Part shown: in pieces, positions 19,440 to 27,951 of the stretch
Numbering within the stretch: the stretch's first letter is position 1
Layout of the letters: each line of letters opens with the position of its first letter
NCBI GenBank assembly: GCA_965250005.1
Contig: OZ252279.1
Span: forward strand, 1,590,001 to 1,622,000
Direction: 5' to 3'
Length of the DNA: 32,000 nucleotides
From: Demequinaceae bacterium
GTDB taxonomy: Bacteria; Actinomycetota; Actinomycetes; Actinomycetales; Demequinaceae
Translations under genes and position numbers: made by a program
Notes under the pieces: model-generated
Told to the model about the DNA's origin: nothing
Databases searched by the model: none
Seen by the model: the letters and a program-made list of their open reading frames with translations, nothing else

Positions 19440-19871
19440 CTACTCGACGCCCAGTTCCACCTTGACTTGGTCGAACGTCTCGACCACGAGTGCGGTTCCG
19501 TCGCATAGTTGATCTTTGAGTTCCTCGGCGTCTGCGATCGACACGTCTCCAGACGTCACTCCGCCGGTCAGGTCGGATAGTCGTTCGAGCAGGTCCTCGG
19601 CGTCGTCGGTGGCCTCTTGCATCAGCGCGGCGATGCGCGCCTTCTCAGTATCGTTGAGGTCGTTGAGCGCGTCCTGCATTTCGCTACCGGCTAGGTCAAT
19701 GGCGATCCCGGCGAGTGGAGTGGCGCATCTGGTCGCGTCGGCGACGATGCTGAAAGCCTCGCCAGACTCGTCGAGTTTGTCCTTGGCGTCGTCGATGACG
19801 GAGCATCCGCCGAGGGCGATGGCGGCGATCATGGCGGCTCCGACGGCGTTCGCAATGGTGGCGGTCTTCAT
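19440..19871 (-). CDS. Acidic predicted lipoprotein, function unknown
   Basis: Signal peptide with lipobox AIALGGC. The mature part is helical and Asp/Glu-rich with two further Cys residues. AGGAGAG SD before the ATG. Confidence 0.55.
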   Translation of the reverse strand: MKTATIANAVGAAMIAAIALGGCSVIDDAKDKLDESGEAFSIVADATRCATPLAGIAIDLAGSEMQDALNDLNDTEKARIAALMQEATDDAEDLLERLSDLTGGVTSGDVSIADAEELKDQLCDGTALVVETFDQVKVELGVE

Positions 19872-19884
19872 GGCTCTCTCCTGA

Positions 19885-19950
19885 TGTGGCTGTGGCTGTG
19901 GCTGTGGCTGTGGCTGTGGCTGTGGCTGTGGCTGTGGCTGCGGCTGCGGC
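19885..19950. repeat. Hexanucleotide microsatellite (TGTGGC)9(TGCGGC)2
   Basis: Counted directly. On the minus strand it reads (GCCGCA)2(GCCACA)9 and ends 13 nt upstream of the lipoprotein ATG, immediately 5' of its SD. Confidence 0.95.
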
Positions 19951-20088
19951 CCGCGCGGTCGCCAGCCCCAGCAGCCTTGGCTTTCACTCGTACTTTAGTC
20001 CTCGGGGAAGCTTGACTCGCGATATCGACGTTTTGGCGGCTCGCGTTTTCGACGGGACACTGCTTGGTGGAACACCTAGTGTGGCGAT

Positions 20089-20583
20089 ATGGGAGAGATC
20101 AACGTGGAGAGGCGCGGCGAGTTGAAGTATGTCGCGCTCGCGATGAATGTGACGTGGTCAAACATGGCGCTACGCGTTACCGAGGCATTCGATTCTCTTG
20201 CCTCCTACCTTGCCACGCACGGGGTTGAGCCATCCGGCCCGTCGCTCATACGCTACCGAACGCGCAGTTCGGAGCGCCCGTTCCAGATCGAAATCGGCTG
20301 GGTGGTCGACACCCCACAGTGGATCGAGGCGCCCTACGTTGTTGACTCGTTGCCTGCGGGAAGATTCGTTGCTGCGCGGCACGAAGGCTCGTATTACGGG
20401 CTCGGGCGCCTTGCAAATGAGATGGAGTTGTGGGCGAAGGCGGAGGGCCACGAAATCGACCGAGCGGAAGCGCGTGGAGTCACCAGCTGGGCGGCAATGG
20501 CCGAACTTCACGTGACCGAGCGGCTCGAAGGGGTCGCTGGACCCGAGGGCACGGTTGACCTGATTATGGGTCTACACAAGTAG
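20089..20583 (+). CDS. GyrI-like small-molecule-binding domain protein (tentative)
   Basis: The size and the two-lobed pattern (..YVALAM.V....M......AF..L..YL...G.....P.L.RY ... then LPAGRFVAARHEGSY..L......L..WA) resemble the GyrI/SbmC-like effector-binding fold. Low certainty. Confidence 0.45.
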   Translation: MGEINVERRGELKYVALAMNVTWSNMALRVTEAFDSLASYLATHGVEPSGPSLIRYRTRSSERPFQIEIGWVVDTPQWIEAPYVVDSLPAGRFVAARHEGSYYGLGRLANEMELWAKAEGHEIDRAEARGVTSWAAMAELHVTERLEGVAGPEGTVDLIMGLHK

Positions 20584-20646
20584 CGCAACGTCGGGACTTC
20601 GTCTTCGCCCCAGCGGGACTGACGCGTGACCCGAATTGACGCCCCT

Positions 20647-22893
20647 CTAGGCCGTTACCGCGACTTCAGTTTTGGCCGGTGCCTTCGCGGGCGCAATCCT
20701 CGCGGGCTCCTCGTCAAGCGAGACGTGCGGCAGGATGCGGTCAAGCCACGCGGGCAACCACCAGTTGTTTTTGCCGATGAGGTGCATGACCGCCGGGACT
20801 AGCACTGCGCGGACGATGAAAGCGTCGATCAGTACCGCGATCGACAGCCCCAGTCCGAAGAGTTTCATGATGCGTGCGTCGGCGAGGGCAAATCCCGCGA
20901 AGACGAAGATCATGATGCCCGCAGCGGCAAGAATGACGCGGCCGACCTCTGCGTGACCCGTGCGTACGGCCTCGGTGTTATTGCGGCGGACGTGCCATTC
21001 CTCGGCGATGCGGCTGACGAGAAACACCTGGTAGTCCATCGATAGGCCGAATACCAGCGCGAACATGATGATGGGCATGAAGGACTCGATGGGCCCACCA
21101 GACCCGGCGCCAAGTAGCGATGATCCCCAGCCCCACTGGAAGATCCCGACGATCACGCCGAACGCTGCGCCGATCGAGAGTACGTTCATCACGGCGCCTA
21201 CGAGCGGCACCACAAGGCTGCGGAATGCGACGACGACGAGCAGAGTACCCAGCAGGATGACCACCGAGAAGAACAACACCAACTTGCCCTGGATGGCGTC
21301 GGCGAAGTCCTCGAATACCGCGACGACTCCGCCAACGTACACGGACACGCCTTGCTGTGCGGCTGCGGGGGCGTAGTCATTCCTGATGCGGTTGACGAGC
21401 TCGGATGTCTCGACATCTTGAGGGCTCGTGGCGGGGATCACTTGGAAAATCGCGGCGTCGCCTGTGGCGTTGGGGATGGGGCCCACGACTGCGGCGATGC
21501 CCTCGTCCGTCGCCAGCGCGGAGATGAGGTCCATCAGCTGCGCGGGCGGAGCCGGCGGTGACGAAGGGTCAAACGTCGCGGGGTCGATCGGGGTAAGCGG
21601 ATTGTCCGCGAGGTCCACGGCTATGAGCAGCGGGCCATTGAAGCCAGGTCCGAAGCCGTCGGAGAGTAGGTCATACGCCTCGCGGGTGGTGGTTCCCGCG
21701 GGATCGTTGCCCTGGTCTGCTGCTCCCAGGCGCAACGAAAGTGCGGGGATGAACATGAGCACCAGCGCGATCAGAGCGAGCGATCCGAGCACGATTGGGT
21801 GCTTCTGGACTTTGGCCGCCCACCAGCTGAATCTCCGTGATGCGTGCTCGTCCTGGAAGTTTCCGGCGGCGATCCTTGCGCGCACTTTGCGCCCCAACAC
21901 GCGCGTGCCGAGCAAGCGCAGGAGCGCAGGAAGGAGAGTGATCGCCGCCAAGACCGTGAAGACAACCGCGACTCCGGCGCCGATCGCCATTCCGTCGAGG
22001 AAGCTGATGCCGGGGGTGAACATGCCAGCGAGGGCAATAATGACGGCGACTCCGGCAAAGACGACGGCCCGCCCGGACGTGTTGATTGAATCGACAATTG
22101 ATGCATTCACGTCATGGCCGAGCAGCAGGTTTCGGCGATGGCGATTGACAACAAACAGCGCGTAATCGATTCCCACCCCAAGGCCGAGCAGGGCGCCAAT
22201 GATGGGCGCCGTGTCGGAGATCGGGAAGGCGTGCGTGAGCAGACTCACCGATCCGAGCCCCACCGCGAGCGCCGCGAGAGCAGAGATGAGCGGTAGGGCC
22301 ATCGCGGTGAACGACCCGAACGCGAGGAACAGGATGACCGCGGCGACCACGACGCCGATTCCCTCGGCTGGGCCAACCTCCGGTTGGCTGAGGCTGCCGA
22401 TTCCCTGGCCGCCGATGGCCACAGTGAAGCCCTGCTCGTTGAGCTCGGCGACGCCATCGACGATGAACTCTAGCTCTTCCCGCTCTACGCCGAAGCTCGC
22501 GCCAGCGTACTGAATGTTCGCATAGGCGACGGTGCCGTCGGGGCTCACTTGGCCGGGAGCTGAGCCGTCGAACGGCGAGGTGACCAATTGAACGCTGTCG
22601 AGGGCGTCGATGTCCGTGAGGAGTTCCTCGACGGCCTGGCGCAGTGCCGGGTCGTCGTACTGGCCGTCTTGGTCCTGCCACACGAGTTGGTCACCCGATC
22701 CGCTGCCGAACCCTGGGAAGCGTTCCTCGAGGAGGTCGCGCGCCGCCTGGCTGTCGGTGCCCTCGAGAGAGAAGTTCGAGTCGAAGTTCTCGCCAACCAC
22801 GGCCACGGCGCCTTGGACACCCACGATCACGAGGATCCAGAGGCCGATCACCAGAAGGGGGCGGCGGATCGAGAAGCGAGCGACGGGCTTCAT
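20647..22893 (-). CDS. MMPL family (RND superfamily) transporter
   Basis: 748 aa with two 6-TM bundles, each preceded by a large extracytoplasmic domain. Contains GLGVGIDYALFVVNRHR and GLSMDYQVFLVSRIAEE motifs. Confidence 0.85.
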   Translation of the reverse strand: MKPVARFSIRRPLLVIGLWILVIVGVQGAVAVVGENFDSNFSLEGTDSQAARDLLEERFPGFGSGSGDQLVWQDQDGQYDDPALRQAVEELLTDIDALDSVQLVTSPFDGSAPGQVSPDGTVAYANIQYAGASFGVEREELEFIVDGVAELNEQGFTVAIGGQGIGSLSQPEVGPAEGIGVVVAAVILFLAFGSFTAMALPLISALAALAVGLGSVSLLTHAFPISDTAPIIGALLGLGVGIDYALFVVNRHRRNLLLGHDVNASIVDSINTSGRAVVFAGVAVIIALAGMFTPGISFLDGMAIGAGVAVVFTVLAAITLLPALLRLLGTRVLGRKVRARIAAGNFQDEHASRRFSWWAAKVQKHPIVLGSLALIALVLMFIPALSLRLGAADQGNDPAGTTTREAYDLLSDGFGPGFNGPLLIAVDLADNPLTPIDPATFDPSSPPAPPAQLMDLISALATDEGIAAVVGPIPNATGDAAIFQVIPATSPQDVETSELVNRIRNDYAPAAAQQGVSVYVGGVVAVFEDFADAIQGKLVLFFSVVILLGTLLVVVAFRSLVVPLVGAVMNVLSIGAAFGVIVGIFQWGWGSSLLGAGSGGPIESFMPIIMFALVFGLSMDYQVFLVSRIAEEWHVRRNNTEAVRTGHAEVGRVILAAAGIMIFVFAGFALADARIMKLFGLGLSIAVLIDAFIVRAVLVPAVMHLIGKNNWWLPAWLDRILPHVSLDEEPARIAPAKAPAKTEVAVTA

Positions 22894-22939
22894 GTGACAT
22901 TCCTAACTTTACGGCCGGTAAGCAAGTTGTATTAGCGCT

Positions 22940-22952
22940 ATGGTGTCACCAT
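22940..22952. promoter_or_regulatory. Perfect 6-1-6 palindrome ATGGTG-T-CACCAT, candidate TetR operator
   Basis: It lies in the AT-rich 93-bp divergent region between the MMPL and TetR genes, about 35 nt upstream of the TetR start. Confidence 0.35.
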
Positions 22953-22986
22953 TACTTAACGAACGTCAAGTTAGTTCGATGGAGGT

Positions 22987-23607
22987 GTGATGACATCCAC
23001 AGCAGCCGATGGTGGCCACGTTGATGCCCGCCGTACCGATACCCGCGAGCGCATCCTCGAGGTCGCCACGCAGCTCTTCCGTGAGAAAGGCTACGCCGCG
23101 ACATCGACGCAGAACATTGCCGACCAGCTTGGCGTGACCAAAGCCGCGCTCTACTATCATTTCGAGTCGAAAGAAGAGATTCTGATCGCGCTCAAGCAGC
23201 CCATCGCGGACGCGCTTGGCGAGGTCCTCGCGAGGCCCCGCGATCTAGGCGCCGCCGCGGGCCGCAAGGCCTTCGTTACGGATCTGGTCGACACGCTGGT
23301 CGCGCGCGGTGCCGGCATCGCGTCCCTGATGACAGACAGCCGCGCCCAACTCGCCTTGCGCGAACTCGTGGAGAAGACAGGTGTTCCCGCGCAAGTCGCT
23401 GGGTTGCTGGCCGCAGGAATTTCTGGCGTGAAGAACCCCGCGGACGCGCCTCCTGAGGCATTCATCCGGGTGGCCGCCACGGTGGGTGCCTTGCACGGTG
23501 CATTTGATGCGTGGGTGCACGTCAATCCCGACGCGATGGGGTTGGACGACGCGACGCGCGCGGCAGTGATCGAGACTGCGGTCGCGACGCTGGAGTCGGG
23601 CTCCTAG
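22987..23607 (+). CDS. TetR/AcrR family transcriptional regulator
   Basis: N-terminal HTH RERILEVATQLFREKGYAATSTQNIADQLGVTKAALYYHF. Divergent from the MMPL gene. Confidence 0.85.
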   Translation: MMTSTAADGGHVDARRTDTRERILEVATQLFREKGYAATSTQNIADQLGVTKAALYYHFESKEEILIALKQPIADALGEVLARPRDLGAAAGRKAFVTDLVDTLVARGAGIASLMTDSRAQLALRELVEKTGVPAQVAGLLAAGISGVKNPADAPPEAFIRVAATVGALHGAFDAWVHVNPDAMGLDDATRAAVIETAVATLESGS

Positions 23608-24827
23608 ACTTCGCTTGAATGCTGTGCGAGCCGGGCAGCAGGCGTGAGGATGCCAACGGTGGCGAAAACCACCGCGGTCACTCCTAGGGCCACCAGCGGG
23701 TCCAGCGACGGCATCCAGAAGATTCCACTGACGAAGAACGCTGTCGCGACTGCAAACCATCGCCATGGACCCTTTGACGATGCGATCAGCGCGGCTCCGG
23801 CCAAGCAGAGCAGGGCCGCGCCGGAAGCAATGAGGATTGCGGCGACTCCGGCCACCTCTTTGTCCGCGATTGCGAAAACCGCCTCTTCTACTCCGGCGGC
23901 AGCGATGATGATGCCCGCGACCAGCGGGAGATGCCCGAACGTGTAGGACTTGAGCCCGATCTCGATCTCGCGCGCGGGCCCCGCCGCTTGCAGGTCCTGT
24001 TCAACCTGTGGCGCGATGTTGCGGAAGTAGACCCACCAGAACCCGACGGCCGTGAGCACCCCAAGTACTGCGGTGATAATGAGCGCGAGCGACAAGTCGA
24101 TTGCCTCCGCGGCGACCCCCACCGCGACCACGGATTCTCCGAGCGCGAGGATCACGATCAGTCCCCACCTCTCGGCGATGTGGTGCTTCGAGGCGATGAT
24201 CCAACCGCCCAGCTTTTCGGAGAGGATCCACTGCAGGCTGAGGTCGACGAAGAGCGCTGCCGCCCACCACCAGAGCCGATCCCCCGGGCTCGCGTAAGCG
24301 CCTAGAACCACGAGGGTGCCCGTCGGGATGAACGCGGCGCCCGTCGCCATGATCTGCCGGAACAGCGCTCGGTCGGTGCGCCCGCCCCACCCGTAGACCG
24401 CGGTGTGGACCACGCGGATCCCGATGTAGGCGGCGGCGAACGCCAAGGGCGCGAGGGCGCCGCCCGGCGCCTCCCAGACGTGGCGGATGGTGAGCGCCAC
24501 AACGAATACTGCTGGCATCGACACGATGAAGCCCGCGAGCGCAGCCCCAGTGTCCGCGCGCATGACGTTGCCCAGCCAGGCGTACATGATCCACGTCCAC
24601 CACATGATGGTGAGGACCAGGAGACCTTGAGCCGTACCGAGGACGCTGTGCTCGTGCGCGATCCACGCTGTCACCTGCGTCAGGGCGAAGACGAACACAA
24701 GATCGAAGAACAGCTCGACGGTCGTGACGCGATGAGACGCGTCAGTCTTCTGCGGGGCGAAGAAACGTGCCAGTACTCCCATCCGGCCATCCTGCCACCC
24801 GGCGCCCGCTGCGAGCGTCTGCGCCAT
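23604..24827 (-). CDS. LtrA (low temperature requirement A)-like integral membrane protein
   Basis: Hallmark N-terminal RVTTVELFFDLVFVFALTQV and about 10 further TM helices. The start could instead be the downstream ATG at 24782. Confidence 0.7.
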   Translation of the reverse strand: MAQTLAAGAGWQDGRMGVLARFFAPQKTDASHRVTTVELFFDLVFVFALTQVTAWIAHEHSVLGTAQGLLVLTIMWWTWIMYAWLGNVMRADTGAALAGFIVSMPAVFVVALTIRHVWEAPGGALAPLAFAAAYIGIRVVHTAVYGWGGRTDRALFRQIMATGAAFIPTGTLVVLGAYASPGDRLWWWAAALFVDLSLQWILSEKLGGWIIASKHHIAERWGLIVILALGESVVAVGVAAEAIDLSLALIITAVLGVLTAVGFWWVYFRNIAPQVEQDLQAAGPAREIEIGLKSYTFGHLPLVAGIIIAAAGVEEAVFAIADKEVAGVAAILIASGAALLCLAGAALIASSKGPWRWFAVATAFFVSGIFWMPSLDPLVALGVTAVVFATVGILTPAARLAQHSSEV

Positions 24828-24889
24828 CGGAATGGCCGCGTCGCGGTACTAGCGATATCGTCGACATGAGACGAACAGAAGGAGTTCTC

Positions 24890-26020
24890 GTGGCACACAT
24901 CTCTCGGTACCCGTTGGTGCGACACTTGCGCAGCACGCCCACTACCCACATCGTGACGATGCGCCGCGGCAAGTACCGCTCGCGGGGCACGGGTGTCTCC
25001 TTCTGGTTCAGGCCGCTGACCGCAGTGATTTCCGAGGTGCCGGTAGACGACCGCGAGTTGCCCATGGCCTTCCGTGCCCGCACCAAGGACTTCCAGGACG
25101 CCATGGTGCAGGGCACAGTGACGTACCGCGTGACGGACCCGGCCGTCGCCGCCCAGCGCGTGGACTTCTCGATCGACACCAAGTCCGGCGTCTGGCGCGG
25201 GACCCCACTCCAGCAGCTCGCGAGCCTGCTAACCGAGACCGCACAACAGCATGCGCTTGATCTGCTGGTCCGCACGAGTCTCGCCGACGCACTCTCGACC
25301 GGTGTGACCACCGTCAGAGACGCGGTCGAGGCCGGGCTTCGCGCCGACGAGCGCCTTGCGGACACAGGGCTGGATGTGATCGGCGTGCGCATCGTTGCCA
25401 TCCGTCCCGAGGAAGAGGTGGAGCGCGCCCTCCAGACCCCTACGCGTGAGCAGATCCAGCAGGATGCGGACAAGGCGACGTACGAGCGCCGGGCTCTCGC
25501 GGTTGAGAGCGAGCGGACCATTAGCGAGAACGAGCTGCAGAGCCAGATCGAGCTTGCCAAGCGCGAGGAACAGTTGGTCGCGCAGCGCGGCGCTAACGCA
25601 CGCAAGTCGGCGGAAGAGGCGGCGGCGGCCAACGAGATTGAGGCGGCGGCGCAGGCCAGCCGCAAGACGACGCTCGCGAAGGCCTCCGCGGAGTCCACGC
25701 GTGTCATCGGTGAGGCGGAGGCCGCGGCGGAGACCGCGAAATTGGGCGCGTACGCTGGAACCTCGGAGGGCACGATCCTGGCGCTCGCCGCCCGCGGAGC
25801 GGCGGACAACCTTCCGCAGATAGGCAACCTTGTCCTGACGCCGGACTTGCTCGCTCCCGTGCTGGCCAAGTTGGGCGGCGCGGATGCGGCGCCCGCACCA
25901 GCCACGAAGTCACGCGCGAAGACGCGCAAGTCCAGTCCGGCGGCGATCCCTGACCCCCGCGTTTCGGCTCAGGTGACCGCAGACGCCGAGCCCGGGATCA
26001 TCCCGGACGACCACCACTAG
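24890..26020 (+). CDS. SPFH/Band-7 domain protein with a long Ala/Glu-rich coiled-coil C-terminal region; no TM anchor
   Basis: SPFH core (GVSFWFRPLTAVISEVPVDDRELPMAF ... GLDVIGVRIVAIRPEEEVERALQ), then ERRALAVESERTISENELQSQIELAKREEQLVAQRG... I prefer GTG 24890, with GAAGGAG 7 nt upstream. The track ORF starts further upstream at 24767. Confidence 0.75.
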   Translation: MAHISRYPLVRHLRSTPTTHIVTMRRGKYRSRGTGVSFWFRPLTAVISEVPVDDRELPMAFRARTKDFQDAMVQGTVTYRVTDPAVAAQRVDFSIDTKSGVWRGTPLQQLASLLTETAQQHALDLLVRTSLADALSTGVTTVRDAVEAGLRADERLADTGLDVIGVRIVAIRPEEEVERALQTPTREQIQQDADKATYERRALAVESERTISENELQSQIELAKREEQLVAQRGANARKSAEEAAAANEIEAAAQASRKTTLAKASAESTRVIGEAEAAAETAKLGAYAGTSEGTILALAARGAADNLPQIGNLVLTPDLLAPVLAKLGGADAAPAPATKSRAKTRKSSPAAIPDPRVSAQVTADAEPGIIPDDHH

Positions 26021-26034
26021 ACCGGTAGCCACGC

Positions 26035-26931
26035 ATGGCTCTTGCCCCCCGCGTCGTCCTTGTCCATAGGCGCACGGAGCTCCAGGAACTCAACGCGCGC
26101 CACGGCACGCTTCAGCAGGCCGCGTTCTACCTGGCGGGGCGCTTACAGACGCTCGAGGTTGTTGAGGAGCGCGACAACGCGACCGACTCCGCGCTCGACG
26201 CCGTTCATGCCGCAACGCCCGTGGATTGGCGACGCGGCATGGTGGAGCGCTCGGACCTGTCACGGTTTCTGTGGGCGCCAGAGGACATCGTGGTGGTTGT
26301 GGGCCAGGACGGGCTTGTCGCCAACGTCGCGAAGTATCTGGACGGCCAGCCGGTGATCGGCATCAATCCGAACCCCGCGCGCAACCCGGGCGTGCTTGTT
26401 CCTCACCCGCCCAGCGCCGTCGAGGCGCTCATTGAACTCGCCGCGACGCCCGCGGTTGCGCAGCACATTGAAGCGCGCACCATGGTCCGAATCTCCACGG
26501 ACGACGGCCAGGACCTGACCGCTCTAAACGAGGTGTTCGTCGGCCACCCGAGCCACCAGACTGCCCGCTACACCGTGGCACTTCCGGGCGGCCGCGAGGA
26601 GCGGCAGGCGTCTTCTGGGGTGATCGTCTCGTCCGGTACGGGGGCGACCGGGTGGGGCCGATCAATCTGGCAGCAGTCGGCGTCAACCATCGAACTCCCG
26701 CTGCCCGCCGAGCGGCGTCTCGCGTGGTTCGTGCGCGAGGCGTGGCCGTCACCGGCGACGGGGACGGACCTCACGTCGGGAGAGATCACGGACGGTCAGC
26801 TGCGCCTGACTGTGGAGTCCGACCGGTTGGTCGCGTTTGGTGACGGGATTGAGTCTGACTCACTCTCTCTGGCGTTCGGCCAGGAGGTTCAGATTGGTGT
26901 CGCCGCCAAGCAGCTCAACCTGGTGAAGTAG
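26035..26931 (+). CDS. NAD kinase / diacylglycerol kinase-fold protein (atypical, GQDG variant)
   Basis: By-eye alignment to PpnK: VVVVGQDGLVANV (GGDGT), PVIGINPNP (PVLGVNLG), ALNEVFVG (ALNEV), SSGVIVSSGTGATGW (DGVLVSTPTGSTAY). It lies 14 bp downstream of the SPFH gene. Confidence 0.55.
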   Translation: MALAPRVVLVHRRTELQELNARHGTLQQAAFYLAGRLQTLEVVEERDNATDSALDAVHAATPVDWRRGMVERSDLSRFLWAPEDIVVVVGQDGLVANVAKYLDGQPVIGINPNPARNPGVLVPHPPSAVEALIELAATPAVAQHIEARTMVRISTDDGQDLTALNEVFVGHPSHQTARYTVALPGGREERQASSGVIVSSGTGATGWGRSIWQQSASTIELPLPAERRLAWFVREAWPSPATGTDLTSGEITDGQLRLTVESDRLVAFGDGIESDSLSLAFGQEVQIGVAAKQLNLVK

Positions 26932-27038
26932 CCCGAGCGCACTGCGGCCCCGGCCTCCCCGGAGCTTGGGTGAGACCAGGGCCGATGGCGCAGCGCGTCT
27001 CGCGACGTGGCGTGGCTTGTGGGAGTGGTGGAGTGCGG

Positions 27039-27866
27039 CTAGCGCGCGTCCGCGAGTTCGGGCTTCGGCTTCAGGGCGTCGCCCAGCATCATCTCGCTGA
27101 ATCTCCCAAAGAGATTGGCGCCACCCTTGGCGGTGAGGACGTGGCCAGAGATGAAGCCCATCACCTTGTTCATCGCGCCGGGAATCACCTCAGCTTTGCG
27201 GCCAAGCGAGCTCAGCGCTGCACGAACCACGGGGCCAACTTCCATCATGCCCACGGTTGCATCTCCGGCGATCTTGGTGGCGAGCTCGGTCTTGACGCCT
27301 CCCGGCGAGAGGACGAGGACGTCGACGCCGTCCGACTTGAGCTCGCGCCCGAGCACGTGGCCATAGTGTCGGATCGCAGATTTCGTGCCGCCGTACGTAC
27401 CGAGGTATGGAGAGGGCGCGTAACCCATGACGGACGAGACGAAGATAACGCCGGACCGCTCGCGTGACCGGAGTCGGTCCAGCAACTCGTGGGTCAGTGC
27501 GACCGGCGCGCGGAAATTGAGGTCAATAAGCCGCGTTTGCGTATCCCCGTTGCTGGCGCCGAGCGTCTCGGGAACAGCTGTGCCAGCGTTGTTGACCAGC
27601 AGGCCAACGTCGAGGTCCGAGACCGCCTCGGCGATTCGCGCGGGCGCATCGCTGTCAGTGAGGTCCGCGCTCACAACGCGGGTTTCTATCCCGTGGTTTT
27701 TGCGTAGCAAGTCCGCGAACGTGCGCATCATGTCGCCGCGCCGTGCGACGAGCACTACGTTGAGGCCGGATTCCGCGAGTTGATTCACGAACTCGTGACC
27801 GATTCCGGCGGAGGCGCCGGTCACGATGACCCAGGGGCCGTAGCTGGAAAAATCGGGGCGGGGCAT
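27039..27866 (-). CDS. Short-chain dehydrogenase/reductase (classical SDR)
   Basis: TGASAGIGHEF, NNAG and the S...YGGTKSA catalytic motifs. GAAGGAG SD. Confidence 0.9.
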   Translation of the reverse strand: MPRPDFSSYGPWVIVTGASAGIGHEFVNQLAESGLNVVLVARRGDMMRTFADLLRKNHGIETRVVSADLTDSDAPARIAEAVSDLDVGLLVNNAGTAVPETLGASNGDTQTRLIDLNFRAPVALTHELLDRLRSRERSGVIFVSSVMGYAPSPYLGTYGGTKSAIRHYGHVLGRELKSDGVDVLVLSPGGVKTELATKIAGDATVGMMEVGPVVRAALSSLGRKAEVIPGAMNKVMGFISGHVLTAKGGANLFGRFSEMMLGDALKPKPELADAR

Positions 27867-27951
27867 GGTTTCTCCTTCATCGATTGTTACTGGAACGGTT
27901 AGTGCAATACGAATACTGCAATATTTATTCCAGAACCCTTAGGATTTGTTC

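Noticed and set aside
19886-20125. 79-aa ORF starting with (AV)n
   Set aside because: It is simply the microsatellite read in one frame, and it has no SD. The remainder overlaps the GyrI-like gene start region.
24742-25929. 395-aa ORF antisense to the SPFH gene
   Set aside because: Its Ser/Ala/Arg-rich low-complexity translation is the complement of the Ala/Glu-rich coiled-coil codons. It has no start context or motif.
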